Source: a virus (lineage: Duplodnaviria; Caudoviricetes). Taken from it: a DNA stretch of 48,678 nucleotides. Below the pieces are notes generated by a model, which saw only the letters and a list, made by a program, of their open reading frames with translations, searched no databases and was not told the DNA's origin. Location of the stretch: positions 1 through 48,678 of the IMG/VR virus record IMGVR_UViG_3300020397_000572. One strand, given 5' to 3'. Below are positions 15,347 through 24,610 of this stretch, piece by piece; the first letter of the stretch is position 1, and every line of letters begins with the position of its first letter. Made by a program: the position numbers and the translations under genes.

Positions 15347-15553
15347 TTATTCTTGATTGTGAATGGGCAACTTCTGTTGTCTGATCCATTCTGCGTGTTG
15401 CTCGGGAGTCATGCCCTGTTGTTGTTGCATGGCTGATTGTTGTTCACGTGCCAATCTTTCTTTTTTGGCACTTCTGCTTTGTTGCAGACTGATGTTCAAT
15501 ATCTCTTCCTGTTCACGTATGTGAGTGAGCATATCTTTGGGTTCGTTTTCCAT
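15347..15553 (-). CDS. Small Gln-rich hypothetical protein
   Basis: TAAATA just upstream. Confidence 0.6.
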   Translation of the reverse strand: MENEPKDMLTHIREQEEILNISLQQSRSAKKERLAREQQSAMQQQQGMTPEQHAEWIRQQKLPIHNQE

Positions 15554-16065
15554 TGCAAAGTATTTATTATACTAAAGTTGGCCTGGGCGTGTTATGGAAT
15601 GTGTGCAACGGAGTTTACACACGTACAAAGCCAATATAAAGGCGTCTTAAACGCACATAGACGTCTTTGTAGCACGTTTTAGTACTGTGATAGTGTCAAA
15701 GTACTTAAACTGCAAATAAGAGCCATTTAGACGGTAAAAACCATTGTTTAAGGAGTCTGTCGCATAGGGGTATAAAAAGGTAGAAGCTCGTACAGAACAT
15801 CATTTTGTTATGTATGGTGTGCCAAAAATTTACAAAACGAAGGTATAGATTTACAAACTTTACACTCGGCTTATAGAGCCAAAAACCTCGCTACTTTTTT
15901 TGCTACCGCTTGTCGCTTTGCTCTTGGAAAAAATTTCGCTACCGATTGCTCTAAATGGCTTTACCGCGGGGCGGTCGCTTCGCTCTTGTATTGGCAATCT
16001 AACAAATTGACTTATGCAAGTTAACCGTGTATAATATGATAAAAATAAACCAATTAAATATCTAT

Positions 16066-16395
16066 ATGAAAAACACATATACAAAACTAATACAGTGGCA
16101 CAAAGCCCACACAGATAGAATGCGTAAGCTATTGGGTATCAGTCAATACAGTTCATTGTGGATTTCATTTGCTAAAGGTTTATTCATAGGTATAATCATC
16201 ACACTATTATTATCCGGTTGCACAACTGTTAAGAAAACTAATATCATTTCAGAAGAAAGAAAACAAGAACTTGGTGCTATTGGAAATATGTTAGGTTGTA
16301 TGTTTGCACCAAGCTCACCTGAATGTAAACAATTAAGAAAAGACAGTGAAGCATCACAAGACGAACTCAATAAGGAATTTGACGAAATCAAATAA
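16066..16395 (+). CDS. Membrane/lipoprotein-like hypothetical protein
   Basis: TTGACT-17-TATAAT at 16007-16035; LLSGC motif; start uncertain. Confidence 0.6.
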   Translation: MKNTYTKLIQWHKAHTDRMRKLLGISQYSSLWISFAKGLFIGIIITLLLSGCTTVKKTNIISEERKQELGAIGNMLGCMFAPSSPECKQLRKDSEASQDELNKEFDEIK

Positions 16396-16428
16396 ATACT
16401 ATTGTCGGAAACAAGTTAGGAGAGGGCA

Positions 16429-16911
16429 ATAGTAGATCCATTCACGGCCATCGCGGCCGCAACTACGGCATTCAACACAGTCAAGAAGTTTGTCCAAGCC
16501 GGCCAAGACTTTGAAAACACAGTCGGGCAAATGGGCAAGTGGTACACCGCTATATCAGATTTTCGTAAGGGACAGCAGATGCAAAAGAAGCCTCCGTTGT
16601 TCAAAAAATTATTTAATGCAGGTTCAGTTGAAGAAGAAGCATTAAATTTATTAATGCACGAAAAGAAAATCATAGAACAAGAAAAAGAATTACAAGCATT
16701 ACTAAACTTCCGTTATGGTTATGGCACCTGGGATGAACTCAAAGAGATGCGTAGGAAGATTCGAGATAGGCGTGAGAAGGAAGTATACAAACAAGCACAA
16801 ATGAGAAGAGACTTGATTGAAGCCATGCAGATAGGATTTGCAATTCTAATAGTCCTTGGATTTGTTGTAGGCTTGATGTGGTTCGCATTAGACTTTAGAG
16901 GGATTATATGA
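16429..16911 (+). CDS. Conserved phage protein (DP..AIAAA N-terminus, C-terminal TM), probable ATA start
   Basis: Frame is open 34 codons upstream of the ATG at 16531; GGAGAGG RBS precedes ATA GTA GAT CCA. Confidence 0.7.
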   Translation: MVDPFTAIAAATTAFNTVKKFVQAGQDFENTVGQMGKWYTAISDFRKGQQMQKKPPLFKKLFNAGSVEEEALNLLMHEKKIIEQEKELQALLNFRYGYGTWDELKEMRRKIRDRREKEVYKQAQMRRDLIEAMQIGFAILIVLGFVVGLMWFALDFRGII

Positions 16912-17240
16912 TAAATGCACTTATGGTTATTGCTCTATTGGTTACAACTGATGTATTGGCTGGTGCGAAGACCTACGGTGAGAAAAAAGGATATACGTGG
17001 GAACAACAGATACGCAGGGGTGAAAGGGAAAAGCCTAACCTTGTAACAGCACGTAGAGTGTTCATGGGTTGGATAGGAGAGAACCTTGTGTGCATATATG
17101 TAGGTCCTGGAAAAACAAATGAAGTTATTACTACTGGCAGAGATGATACTTGTATGGGCAGTATTCAAATTCAATACAGGCCACACCCAGATTTCAATTG
17201 GCGTGAGACTGTAAAGCAGATGCGAAAAGACGCAGATTAA
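16908..17240 (+). CDS. Exported hypothetical protein
   Basis: Signal-like N-terminus; ATGA overlap. Confidence 0.7.
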   Translation: MINALMVIALLVTTDVLAGAKTYGEKKGYTWEQQIRRGEREKPNLVTARRVFMGWIGENLVCIYVGPGKTNEVITTGRDDTCMGSIQIQYRPHPDFNWRETVKQMRKDAD

Positions 17241-17266
17241 TATTAACCTTAACACTGGAGAAATAA

Positions 17267-17650
17267 ATGGCTTATTCAAAAGAGCTGTTAGATCACTATG
17301 AAAATCCTAGGAACGTTGGTTCGATGGATAAAGAAGACAACTCCGTTGGCACTGGACTAGTTGGTGCACCTGCCTGTGGAGATGTTATGAAACTACAAAT
17401 AAAAGTTAACGAGAAAGGTTGTATACATGACGCCAAGTTCAAGACGTTCGGCTGTGGCTCTGCTATTGCTTCTAGCTCTCTTGTTACTGAGTGGGTTAAA
17501 GGCAAAACATTGGGCGAAGCTGGGAAAATTAAGAATACAGAAATCGCAACAGAGTTGGCTCTTCCACCCGTAAAGATTCATTGTTCTGTTTTGGCAGAAG
17601 ATGCCATTAAGGCCGCTATTGCAGATTACGTTAAAAAGAACACGGTTTGA
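17267..17650 (+). CDS. iscU: Fe-S cluster scaffold protein IscU
   Basis: MAYS..DHYENPRNVG, GAPACGDVM, FGCGSAIASSS, LPPVKIHCSVLAEDAIKAA. Confidence 0.97.
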   Translation: MAYSKELLDHYENPRNVGSMDKEDNSVGTGLVGAPACGDVMKLQIKVNEKGCIHDAKFKTFGCGSAIASSSLVTEWVKGKTLGEAGKIKNTEIATELALPPVKIHCSVLAEDAIKAAIADYVKKNTV

Positions 17651-17683
17651 TACCGTGTTCGAGACGCTGTTCGAACAGTATCT

Positions 17684-19327
17684 TTATCTTCGTTTCGAAT
17701 GGCGCCATTCTTGAAGATTGTGTAGTTTGACATCAGTTGATTGTATGTATTCACTGTGATTTTGGGTACGCACTATACCACGTCCATGAACCACATCACC
17801 ATCTCTATATCCAAATGGTTTTTGTATAGTTACATCTATGTATTGTCCGTAGTCTATTCCTAAAGTAACAAACGTTACATACTTACCATTTTTACCTTTG
17901 AAAACTCTACCGTTAGCAATCACTCCTGCAAACTCTACATGATCCAACCATTTTTGTTCTACAAAGCAATTCTTGATAAAACCATTTTGCCACCAACCTG
18001 GTTTTGTTTCTATGCCTTGTCTGTGTGCTTCTGCTTGATATACCCAACTTCTATATGATCCTTGACAATGCTTTAAGTTGGCTCTCCAAAACTCTTCTGG
18101 GTTGTGTGCTTTTTGATATGCCAATGCCCAAATAAGTCTACCCAAGTTCACTGCATGGGCTCTACACAAACCAAATCCAGATAGTTCTTGTAGTGCCGCC
18201 ATGGCTTCTTTTTTCTTAGGGTGGTTACCTAGCTTCTCAACAAACTCTAATATCTTTTCATCATTCTTTTTTGCAAATGCTCTGCGATACATATCTGCTT
18301 CATACATATCAACTCCTATAAAGTCTGATATGATATCTATGGCATCATCTTCAAACACCACAGAGTCTTGCACAGTTTCCTTTGACCAGTCTTGGAACAT
18401 AGCGGCCTTTTGCCTGCCACTCATTGCAACAGGACGTATCATTGCAGTAGCAAACACACAGTCATAAACTGACTTTGGTTGTATAGCCCTAAACAATCTT
18501 CGCATGGCTGGCGACTCACCTTGTGTTACTCCTAACACATCGCCTCTGCACAACAACGCACTTGTCTTTTCATCTGTCTCTGGATAGTGTTCTAGTTTTG
18601 TAATTGAATCTATTTCTAGCAGTTGACTCAAACCTCTGTTTGCTAATATGTCAACTTTTAAATGTTCTAAGTCTTCAATCTCATATTTGTCTAATAATAT
18701 TTGATTGTCTTGTGATATTAATGATTTAGGTAATTGCCTAGTAAACATAACGATGCCTCCACAATGTTTTGATATTGCTCTCTTCTTGCCTAACAGTTTT
18801 CTTTCAATGCGTTTTGCTTCTTTAACATCAATGCCTAAGTTTTCATACTTAAAGTTACGTGGTAAGTTTCCTGTAACACCTAAACGTTTTGCCGCTTCAC
18901 GTCTTGCACTTTTTTCTTTGAAAGTTACATAGTTGGAAAGTCTTGCAGATTTGCCTGGCCACTTTTTAAATATGCGTTGCATGACATCACCTTGACGCCA
19001 ATGTTCAAAGTCTATGTCAACATCTGGTAAGTCATCACGTAATGGATTCATAAAACGTGCTACTGGTATATTCCATTTGATTGGATCAACATCTGTTATA
19101 CCAAGCAGGTAACATATCAAACTTGATCCAGCTGACCCACGTGTCATGTGTGTTAGGTCATCTGTGAGATCAATGATATCACATATTTGTAAAAAGTAAT
19201 CTGTAAATCTTTGGTTTAGAATTAATTCAAATTCTTCAGCGAGACGTGTTTGATATATTTCTTTGGTCGGTATGGGCCTTTTAAATCTATCCAACAGCCT
19301 TTGTATGTTATCAACATCAGTTTGCAT
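17684..19327 (-). CDS. dnaE: DNA polymerase III alpha-like (C family), no PHP domain
   Basis: RGSAGSSL, PDVDIDF, KHCGG, LKVDILANRGL, GLCRAHA; C-terminal OB-like region. Confidence 0.9.
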   Translation of the reverse strand: MQTDVDNIQRLLDRFKRPIPTKEIYQTRLAEEFELILNQRFTDYFLQICDIIDLTDDLTHMTRGSAGSSLICYLLGITDVDPIKWNIPVARFMNPLRDDLPDVDIDFEHWRQGDVMQRIFKKWPGKSARLSNYVTFKEKSARREAAKRLGVTGNLPRNFKYENLGIDVKEAKRIERKLLGKKRAISKHCGGIVMFTRQLPKSLISQDNQILLDKYEIEDLEHLKVDILANRGLSQLLEIDSITKLEHYPETDEKTSALLCRGDVLGVTQGESPAMRRLFRAIQPKSVYDCVFATAMIRPVAMSGRQKAAMFQDWSKETVQDSVVFEDDAIDIISDFIGVDMYEADMYRRAFAKKNDEKILEFVEKLGNHPKKKEAMAALQELSGFGLCRAHAVNLGRLIWALAYQKAHNPEEFWRANLKHCQGSYRSWVYQAEAHRQGIETKPGWWQNGFIKNCFVEQKWLDHVEFAGVIANGRVFKGKNGKYVTFVTLGIDYGQYIDVTIQKPFGYRDGDVVHGRGIVRTQNHSEYIQSTDVKLHNLQEWRHSKRR

Positions 19328-19424
19328 TATTACTCCCTGTATATGCCTTGAGCCTATTATGTGTATATTTATTATATTGTGTTTTGTTGAATTATAAAAA
19401 CTGGCACATTTTGGATAACAAGAT

Positions 19425-19525
19425 TGGCTCTGGGGGTAGGACTCGAACCTACACGGTAAATATATTGCAGTACATCTACCATACGATTAACAGTCGTACG
19501 TGTCTACCTATTCCACCACCCCAGA
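19425..19525 (-). tRNA. Atypical tRNA(GUU, Asn anticodon) with 11-bp variable arm, 101 nt
   Basis: TCTGGGG/CCCCAGA acceptor, G73, CCA; TACGA-CTGTTAA-TCGTA anticodon arm; GTAGG-TTCGAGT-CCTAC T arm; 29-nt variable region. Confidence 0.85.
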
Positions 19526-19529
19526 TCGT

Positions 19530-19655
19530 TTATACCTTACTTCTAATCTTTTTACGTTTCCTTTTCTTAACAACTTTTGGTGGTTTCTTCTTTTCAGGCA
19601 ATATAGCACCTGTTGTAATATAGTGTAACGTTAAAGGGTTGTTAGGATCGTACAT
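19530..19655 (-). CDS. Basic 41-aa peptide (not in ORF track)
   Basis: MYDPNNPLTLHYITTGAILPEKKKPPKVVKKRKRKKIRSKV; fills the gap between the aaRS-like gene and the tRNA. Confidence 0.6.
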   Translation of the reverse strand: MYDPNNPLTLHYITTGAILPEKKKPPKVVKKRKRKKIRSKV

Positions 19656-19657
19656 TT

Positions 19658-20479
19658 TTACTTCTTATCTAAGGCCGCAATCATACGTGTCATACCTATT
19701 CCGCCGCCAACTCTCGGAAAGAAGTCAAACTCTAGAAACTTTTCTAGCTCTGCTTCAACACGTTCCTGACTGAATAGTTTATAAAGTAGCTTACTGTATT
19801 CTCCGTCTGTTATGCTATGGAATGTATCACGCATCATTTCTACATCGCATGAACGTTCCGCACTTCCTATTGTTTCCATACCACCTAGTATAACATCTAT
19901 CTTCTTTGCAGTTTTGCCATCATCATTTCTGCTCATGTTCCAAAAAGGTGATGTCATTTCAGGGAAGTCTGTTATCATGGTTGTACCAAACTCTTCGTGC
20001 ATCTTGGTTTCTTCTTCCGCAGTCATTTCATAGTCTTCAGCATGACCATAATGCTTTTGCCATTCAGCATAAGTTTTTTCAGTAGGCTTTTTAAAGCCCA
20101 AGTGTTCACATAATTCATACTCCATCTTCTTAAGGTCATCTATATCACCAGGCATCTCAAATTCAAACATTGGAAAGATGATATCATGCCTTCCTGGTAT
20201 TGCATTTGGTTCCTGTCTATAGGATGTGGAGACACAAAAAAACCCCTTCGAAGAGGGGCTACTTAATAATTCGTGTTCAAGCCACATCTGGCCTGTTTGG
20301 GGTAAGGGCCATACCTGGCCTGCGTAATTGTATGTTGCTACGTTGAACGGATCTTCACAAGCGGCTAGTATGCTTAATCTATTTTGTGTATGGACTTCTT
20401 CAAATCCTTTATCCAAAAAAAATGACCTAAGAAGGCCAACTGCGTGTGTAAACTTTGTGGGGGATATTAGTTGCGTCAT
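19658..20479 (-). CDS. Class II (Asp/Asn/Lys-type) aaRS catalytic domain without anticodon-binding domain
   Basis: Motif 1 RSFFLDKGFEEVHT, motif 2 SYRQE..GRH..FPMFEFE, motif 3 GGGIGMTR; only 273 aa. Confidence 0.85.
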   Translation of the reverse strand: MTQLISPTKFTHAVGLLRSFFLDKGFEEVHTQNRLSILAACEDPFNVATYNYAGQVWPLPQTGQMWLEHELLSSPSSKGFFCVSTSYRQEPNAIPGRHDIIFPMFEFEMPGDIDDLKKMEYELCEHLGFKKPTEKTYAEWQKHYGHAEDYEMTAEEETKMHEEFGTTMITDFPEMTSPFWNMSRNDDGKTAKKIDVILGGMETIGSAERSCDVEMMRDTFHSITDGEYSKLLYKLFSQERVEAELEKFLEFDFFPRVGGGIGMTRMIAALDKK

Positions 20480-20557
20480 TTATTTTTTCCTTTGCTGTTT
20501 TAAGGTCAAAAAAAATTTCAGTCAAACAAACTTGACTGTGTTCTTCTGCCTAACTAT

Positions 20558-21349
20558 TTAGCCTTTGAGCCAATGTTTCAGGCCTTTAGGCTGGTCCTTG
20601 TATAACTTGTTACTTGTATCTACAAGTTGTTGACCTATGTGATCAGTAGCAGTAAGTCTTTCATTACCTTTTAGTATGTGCCTATTGAATCCGATTGTAA
20701 GGTCAAGTGTGCTACCTGTCACAATGCTGTTGGTACATTTGTCTGCCATTATCTCGTGATTGCTTTTAATCATGTGATTGTATCTTGTATCAATGCCATC
20801 ACTGTACCATTGTTCGTCATCTTTTTCTGTTACAAATTCTGCGTTGCTTACACTTCCGGTCATGTCGCCCATTACTTTTATGATGTCTGTGTAGTCTATG
20901 TCCACAGTGAATCCTGGTATTAGCAGTAGTGTAAATCCTATATTACGTTTTAATTCTTTTATCCAAGCCACCTGTTGTTCAACTCTAAATGAGTCTAGTT
21001 CGTCTCTTTGCAAGTAATTTACATAACCCATTACTGCATCAACATGACCTTTTTCATTGTCTGAGGCGAAGTTATCCCAGTTTGCTATCTTATAATTGCT
21101 TAATTCAGGCTTGTCTTCAAAGAACCAATACCTATAAGGACTTGTTAATACAACCACAACTATATCATCTTGTGTAATCTTGTGACGCACTTCTTTAACC
21201 TTGTGCATGATCCATTCGTTGCTACAACCAATGATACTGTTATTCATCATAGCATCAACCCTTAACTTGTCAGCTAACTGTCTAGTCCAGGTCCAATCAG
21301 TTTTGTAGTCTACTGTAAATGAATCTCCAAAGATGTATAATGTTCTCAT
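20558..21349 (-). CDS. SGNH-like hypothetical protein
   Basis: LYIFGDSF, GCSN and RYNHM motifs. Confidence 0.65.
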   Translation of the reverse strand: MRTLYIFGDSFTVDYKTDWTWTRQLADKLRVDAMMNNSIIGCSNEWIMHKVKEVRHKITQDDIVVVVLTSPYRYWFFEDKPELSNYKIANWDNFASDNEKGHVDAVMGYVNYLQRDELDSFRVEQQVAWIKELKRNIGFTLLLIPGFTVDIDYTDIIKVMGDMTGSVSNAEFVTEKDDEQWYSDGIDTRYNHMIKSNHEIMADKCTNSIVTGSTLDLTIGFNRHILKGNERLTATDHIGQQLVDTSNKLYKDQPKGLKHWLKG

Positions 21350-21495
21350 TCCTTAGGATCCTTTTTATCCATCCATTGGTACTCGTCTGGATTGTTCTTA
21401 CGCCATTCATTGTCTTTATACTTTGTGTATGCAAGATGATATATTGCACCTAATATAATAGTTCCTATACATAATAAAAATAAATCTATTGCCAT
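21346..21495 (-). CDS. Small TM protein (49 aa, not in ORF track)
   Basis: MAIDLFLLCIGTIILGAIYHLAY...; ATGA overlap with next gene. Confidence 0.55.
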   Translation of the reverse strand: MAIDLFLLCIGTIILGAIYHLAYTKYKDNEWRKNNPDEYQWMDKKDPKE

Positions 21496-21662
21496 AATAT
21501 TATTAACCCCCATCCATGATTTGCGATTGCATTAGTAATAATTGCTAGGCAAGTTACGATATGTAATACTACCCAGCAAGTTCGAATAATTGCAACTTTG
21601 TCCGCTTTATCATTGTCTTGATATGCTTTACTCCCTAGTGCTTTGCACCACACTTCCCACAA

Positions 21663-23099
21663 TTACTCCTCCTCTGAATTTAAGTTTTGTAAAAACGATC
21701 TTAGTTTTGTGCTGTCTGTTTCTGCCTTGATTGGCTTAACACTATCACCTTGATTAGGTTCCTTTGGAGTATCAGGTTCCTTATCAGTTGTTACACTTGT
21801 CCTTTTCAAGTTATCAAATATAGTTGATTTACGTTTATCAAATTCTTTGTATTCATCATCTTCTGCAAGATCTCTGATACGCAAACTGTCTATATCAAAT
21901 TCTAAATCTATCTTTGCACCAACACCACTAGAACTTCTAGTCTTCATAAGTTGTATTTGATATCTACCACGTTCACGCATAGCCCTACTTGTAAAGATAC
22001 CAATTACGTTATCAGCAGTTTGTATCTTACTCAAACCACCTGCAATATGCGAATGATCAAATTCTATTTCTTCAACACTTGCTCTATTCAACTGCGATGC
22101 AGTTACAAATATAATTTGTAGTTCCATTGCCAAGTTTCTAAGTTCTTCAGATACAAATTTATCTTTAACAAACAAATCACTTGGACTTACTTTTCTACTC
22201 AATGGCATCATCAAATCTAAATAATCAACTAGTATTACATCAATCTTCTTACCAGTTTTGATTTCATATTCCTTAATGAAACTTCTTATGTCATTTGCAT
22301 TCTTACCACTTGGCATATACTTAATCTGGAAAGCACCAGACTTCTTACCAACCAGTTTTACTTTCATCTCTACGCCATCTAAATCTCTAAATATTTCTCT
22401 GCTTGGAACATCAGTCATCATACTATCTAATCTCATTGCAACTAAATTTTCACTCAATTCAAATGTTAGATACACAACGTTCATGCCATTCAATGCCCAA
22501 TTGACACCTAAGTTTGCTAGGAATAAACTTTTACCTGCACCACTACCACCTGCAAAAATATTAAGTTCACCTTTGTTGAATCCTCCAAACAGTTTCTTAT
22601 CCAAGCTCTCCCAACCTGTGCTTACTTGGCCATTGTTATCTTTCAATGCAGAAAGTCTGCCCTTAGGATCATCAAAGTAATCAATACCTAAATCTTTTTG
22701 TAATCCTATTTGTACTGCGTCTTTGATCTTAGATTCAACTGGACCATACTCGCCTTTTTCTAGCAAGTCAGCACTTTCAAGTATTGCACGTTCTAATGCT
22801 TTGTGTCTACTAAAAGTTTCAAAGTCACTCAACAACCAATCATAATGTTGTTCATTAAGTCCTGTTGGAATAGCTAGTTTTACTTGTGGACAATTACTGT
22901 TTACTATTTGTTCTGTAGGAAGTGTGTTGTGTTCTGCAACAAAGTTCTTAATAAATTCTGCTGTTGGTTTGAGTCTTCTATCAAAACTTTCAGGATCAAA
23001 TATTGCTTGACAACGCACAAAAGTTTGTGCATCGCTCAACATAATTTCCAAATACGTTTTCTGTATTTCAAATCCGTAATCAGTGTTTTGTTTCATCAT
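21663..23099 (-). CDS. gp41: Replicative DNA helicase, T4 gp41/DnaB family
   Basis: Walker A GGSGAGKS, TFELSE, VDYLDLM, TASQLNR, KTR. Confidence 0.93.
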   Translation of the reverse strand: MMKQNTDYGFEIQKTYLEIMLSDAQTFVRCQAIFDPESFDRRLKPTAEFIKNFVAEHNTLPTEQIVNSNCPQVKLAIPTGLNEQHYDWLLSDFETFSRHKALERAILESADLLEKGEYGPVESKIKDAVQIGLQKDLGIDYFDDPKGRLSALKDNNGQVSTGWESLDKKLFGGFNKGELNIFAGGSGAGKSLFLANLGVNWALNGMNVVYLTFELSENLVAMRLDSMMTDVPSREIFRDLDGVEMKVKLVGKKSGAFQIKYMPSGKNANDIRSFIKEYEIKTGKKIDVILVDYLDLMMPLSRKVSPSDLFVKDKFVSEELRNLAMELQIIFVTASQLNRASVEEIEFDHSHIAGGLSKIQTADNVIGIFTSRAMRERGRYQIQLMKTRSSSGVGAKIDLEFDIDSLRIRDLAEDDEYKEFDKRKSTIFDNLKRTSVTTDKEPDTPKEPNQGDSVKPIKAETDSTKLRSFLQNLNSEEE

Positions 23100-23316
23100 T
23101 TACCTTTTTACAACCAGCTTTTAAACTTTTATAGTCAGCACCTAAGTTAGACATACCTCTCATTGTGATTGCTAATTTTTTCTGTGCTTCTGACATACAT
23201 TGTTCTTCAGTCCTATACAACACATATGGCTTCTCTTTATATTCTGTGCATTCTTGTTTCATTCCCATGTTTCCATCAGACACCATTAAACACATAAGCA
23301 ACCACATCTCAAACAT
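23080..23316 (-). CDS. Small Cys-containing hypothetical protein, probably leaderless
   Basis: TTGACT-17-TATAAT, then 5 nt, then ATG. Confidence 0.65.
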   Translation of the reverse strand: MFEMWLLMCLMVSDGNMGMKQECTEYKEKPYVLYRTEEQCMSEAQKKLAITMRGMSNLGADYKSLKAGCKKVNDETKH

Positions 23317-24314
23317 TACTTATTATACCACACTTGTTGATCAAAGTCAATATGTTTGCTTTCCAATGCCAAAACTGCACCAATACAACTTCCTGGGTCA
23401 CCAGGATTCTTTGGTACATATATGTAGTTCCAATCTTTACGTATTTTTCTCACTGCATCATTATTTAATGCACAACCTCCTGTCAATATTAAGTTCCGAC
23501 TTGACAGGTTATTACGACACCATTTGCTATTACTTTGGACTATCATTTCAAAAACATATTGAGTCGCATCTGCCAATCTCTTCATGTCGTGTTCTGTGGT
23601 AAGTTCAGGCTTGTACCAATTGCAACCTTTGTGTAAGTTGTGTTTGAATTTAACACCAGGCTTGGATCCATTTAAAGGAGGTTCAATAAATGTTTCAACC
23701 ATGTCGGTTATAAGTTCTAAGTTTTCTGAACTTGCAATTTCTGACCCCATGGCACCAACCTTGTATTCATCTCTGTTTGCTTGTAGTCCTAGTCTTTGTG
23801 TCATTGCACTATAAAACAATCCAACACTATGTGGATACTTTCCTGAAAACACTTGCTTGAGCTTTGCACCTTTGCCTTCCCATATTGTAAATGTTTCAAA
23901 CTCTCCTATTGAATCCAAACACATGATGGTTGCGTTGTCAAGTCCACTAGTGTAAAAACCATATGCGGCGTGTGACCTATGATGTTGTACATAACTTATA
24001 GGAGCAGTTAGATTCCATTTGCTTAGATACTGTTTAATATTATTTTCCTTTCCAAGCCAACCTTGACCTGCTTTGAATTGTCTTAAAGTTTTCAAGAAAG
24101 GTTTTTCGTACCAAACAATTTTGTCGGGATTGTTAAAACATTCTTTTTCAAATATGTGTTCCAACATTTTATCATTTAAATGTGGATCATGTTCTATGCC
24201 ACTGAAGTCTTTAGACAATCCTGCCCATAGACATTCTAAGGTGTCATATGTGTTCTTATTAAAGATTGCCACACTGGCATCATGACTGTTTCCAACAATT
24301 CCCCAAATCAACAT
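23316..24314 (-). CDS. Carbamoyltransferase N-terminal (NodU/CmcH, Kae1-like) domain
   Basis: SHDASVA, HHRSHAA, DSIGE, EYKV, GGCALN, PGDPGSCIGA; C-terminal domain absent. Confidence 0.88.
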   Translation of the reverse strand: MLIWGIVGNSHDASVAIFNKNTYDTLECLWAGLSKDFSGIEHDPHLNDKMLEHIFEKECFNNPDKIVWYEKPFLKTLRQFKAGQGWLGKENNIKQYLSKWNLTAPISYVQHHRSHAAYGFYTSGLDNATIMCLDSIGEFETFTIWEGKGAKLKQVFSGKYPHSVGLFYSAMTQRLGLQANRDEYKVGAMGSEIASSENLELITDMVETFIEPPLNGSKPGVKFKHNLHKGCNWYKPELTTEHDMKRLADATQYVFEMIVQSNSKWCRNNLSSRNLILTGGCALNNDAVRKIRKDWNYIYVPKNPGDPGSCIGAVLALESKHIDFDQQVWYNK

Positions 24315-24610
24315 TACTTACGTTTCTCCTCGATCTTTGTTTCATATTTTGTTTTAAAGTAGTCGTGTGTAACATAAGATGCAGTAATGAATCCTGCTAA
24401 GAATACTAACAAATAAATCACAGTGGTGATTAAATTCTTTTTGAAACCACCCTTGCCTTTGTTCTTTTTGTATGCTCTCCACATCCACCAAAAACCTGCA
24501 ATAGTTAAAATAATACCTATTGCAATTACCCAAGGATTATTTGCGATTGCAACTCCTGAGGCACCAAAGATTAAAAACAATAATCCATTTATATAACACA
24601 TTGGACACAT
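24314..24610 (-). CDS. Three-TM membrane protein
   Basis: MCPMC start; hydrophobic helices. Confidence 0.7.
   Translation of the reverse strand: MCPMCYINGLLFLIFGASGVAIANNPWVIAIGIILTIAGFWWMWRAYKKNKGKGGFKKNLITTVIYLLVFLAGFITASYVTHDYFKTKYETKIEEKRK

Noticed and set aside
19453-19481. tRNA insert read as an intron or second (Cys) anticodon arm, loop CTGCAA
   Set aside because: It lies at the variable-arm position, is too short for a self-splicing intron, shows no bulge-helix-bulge, and its loop is 6 nt rather than 7
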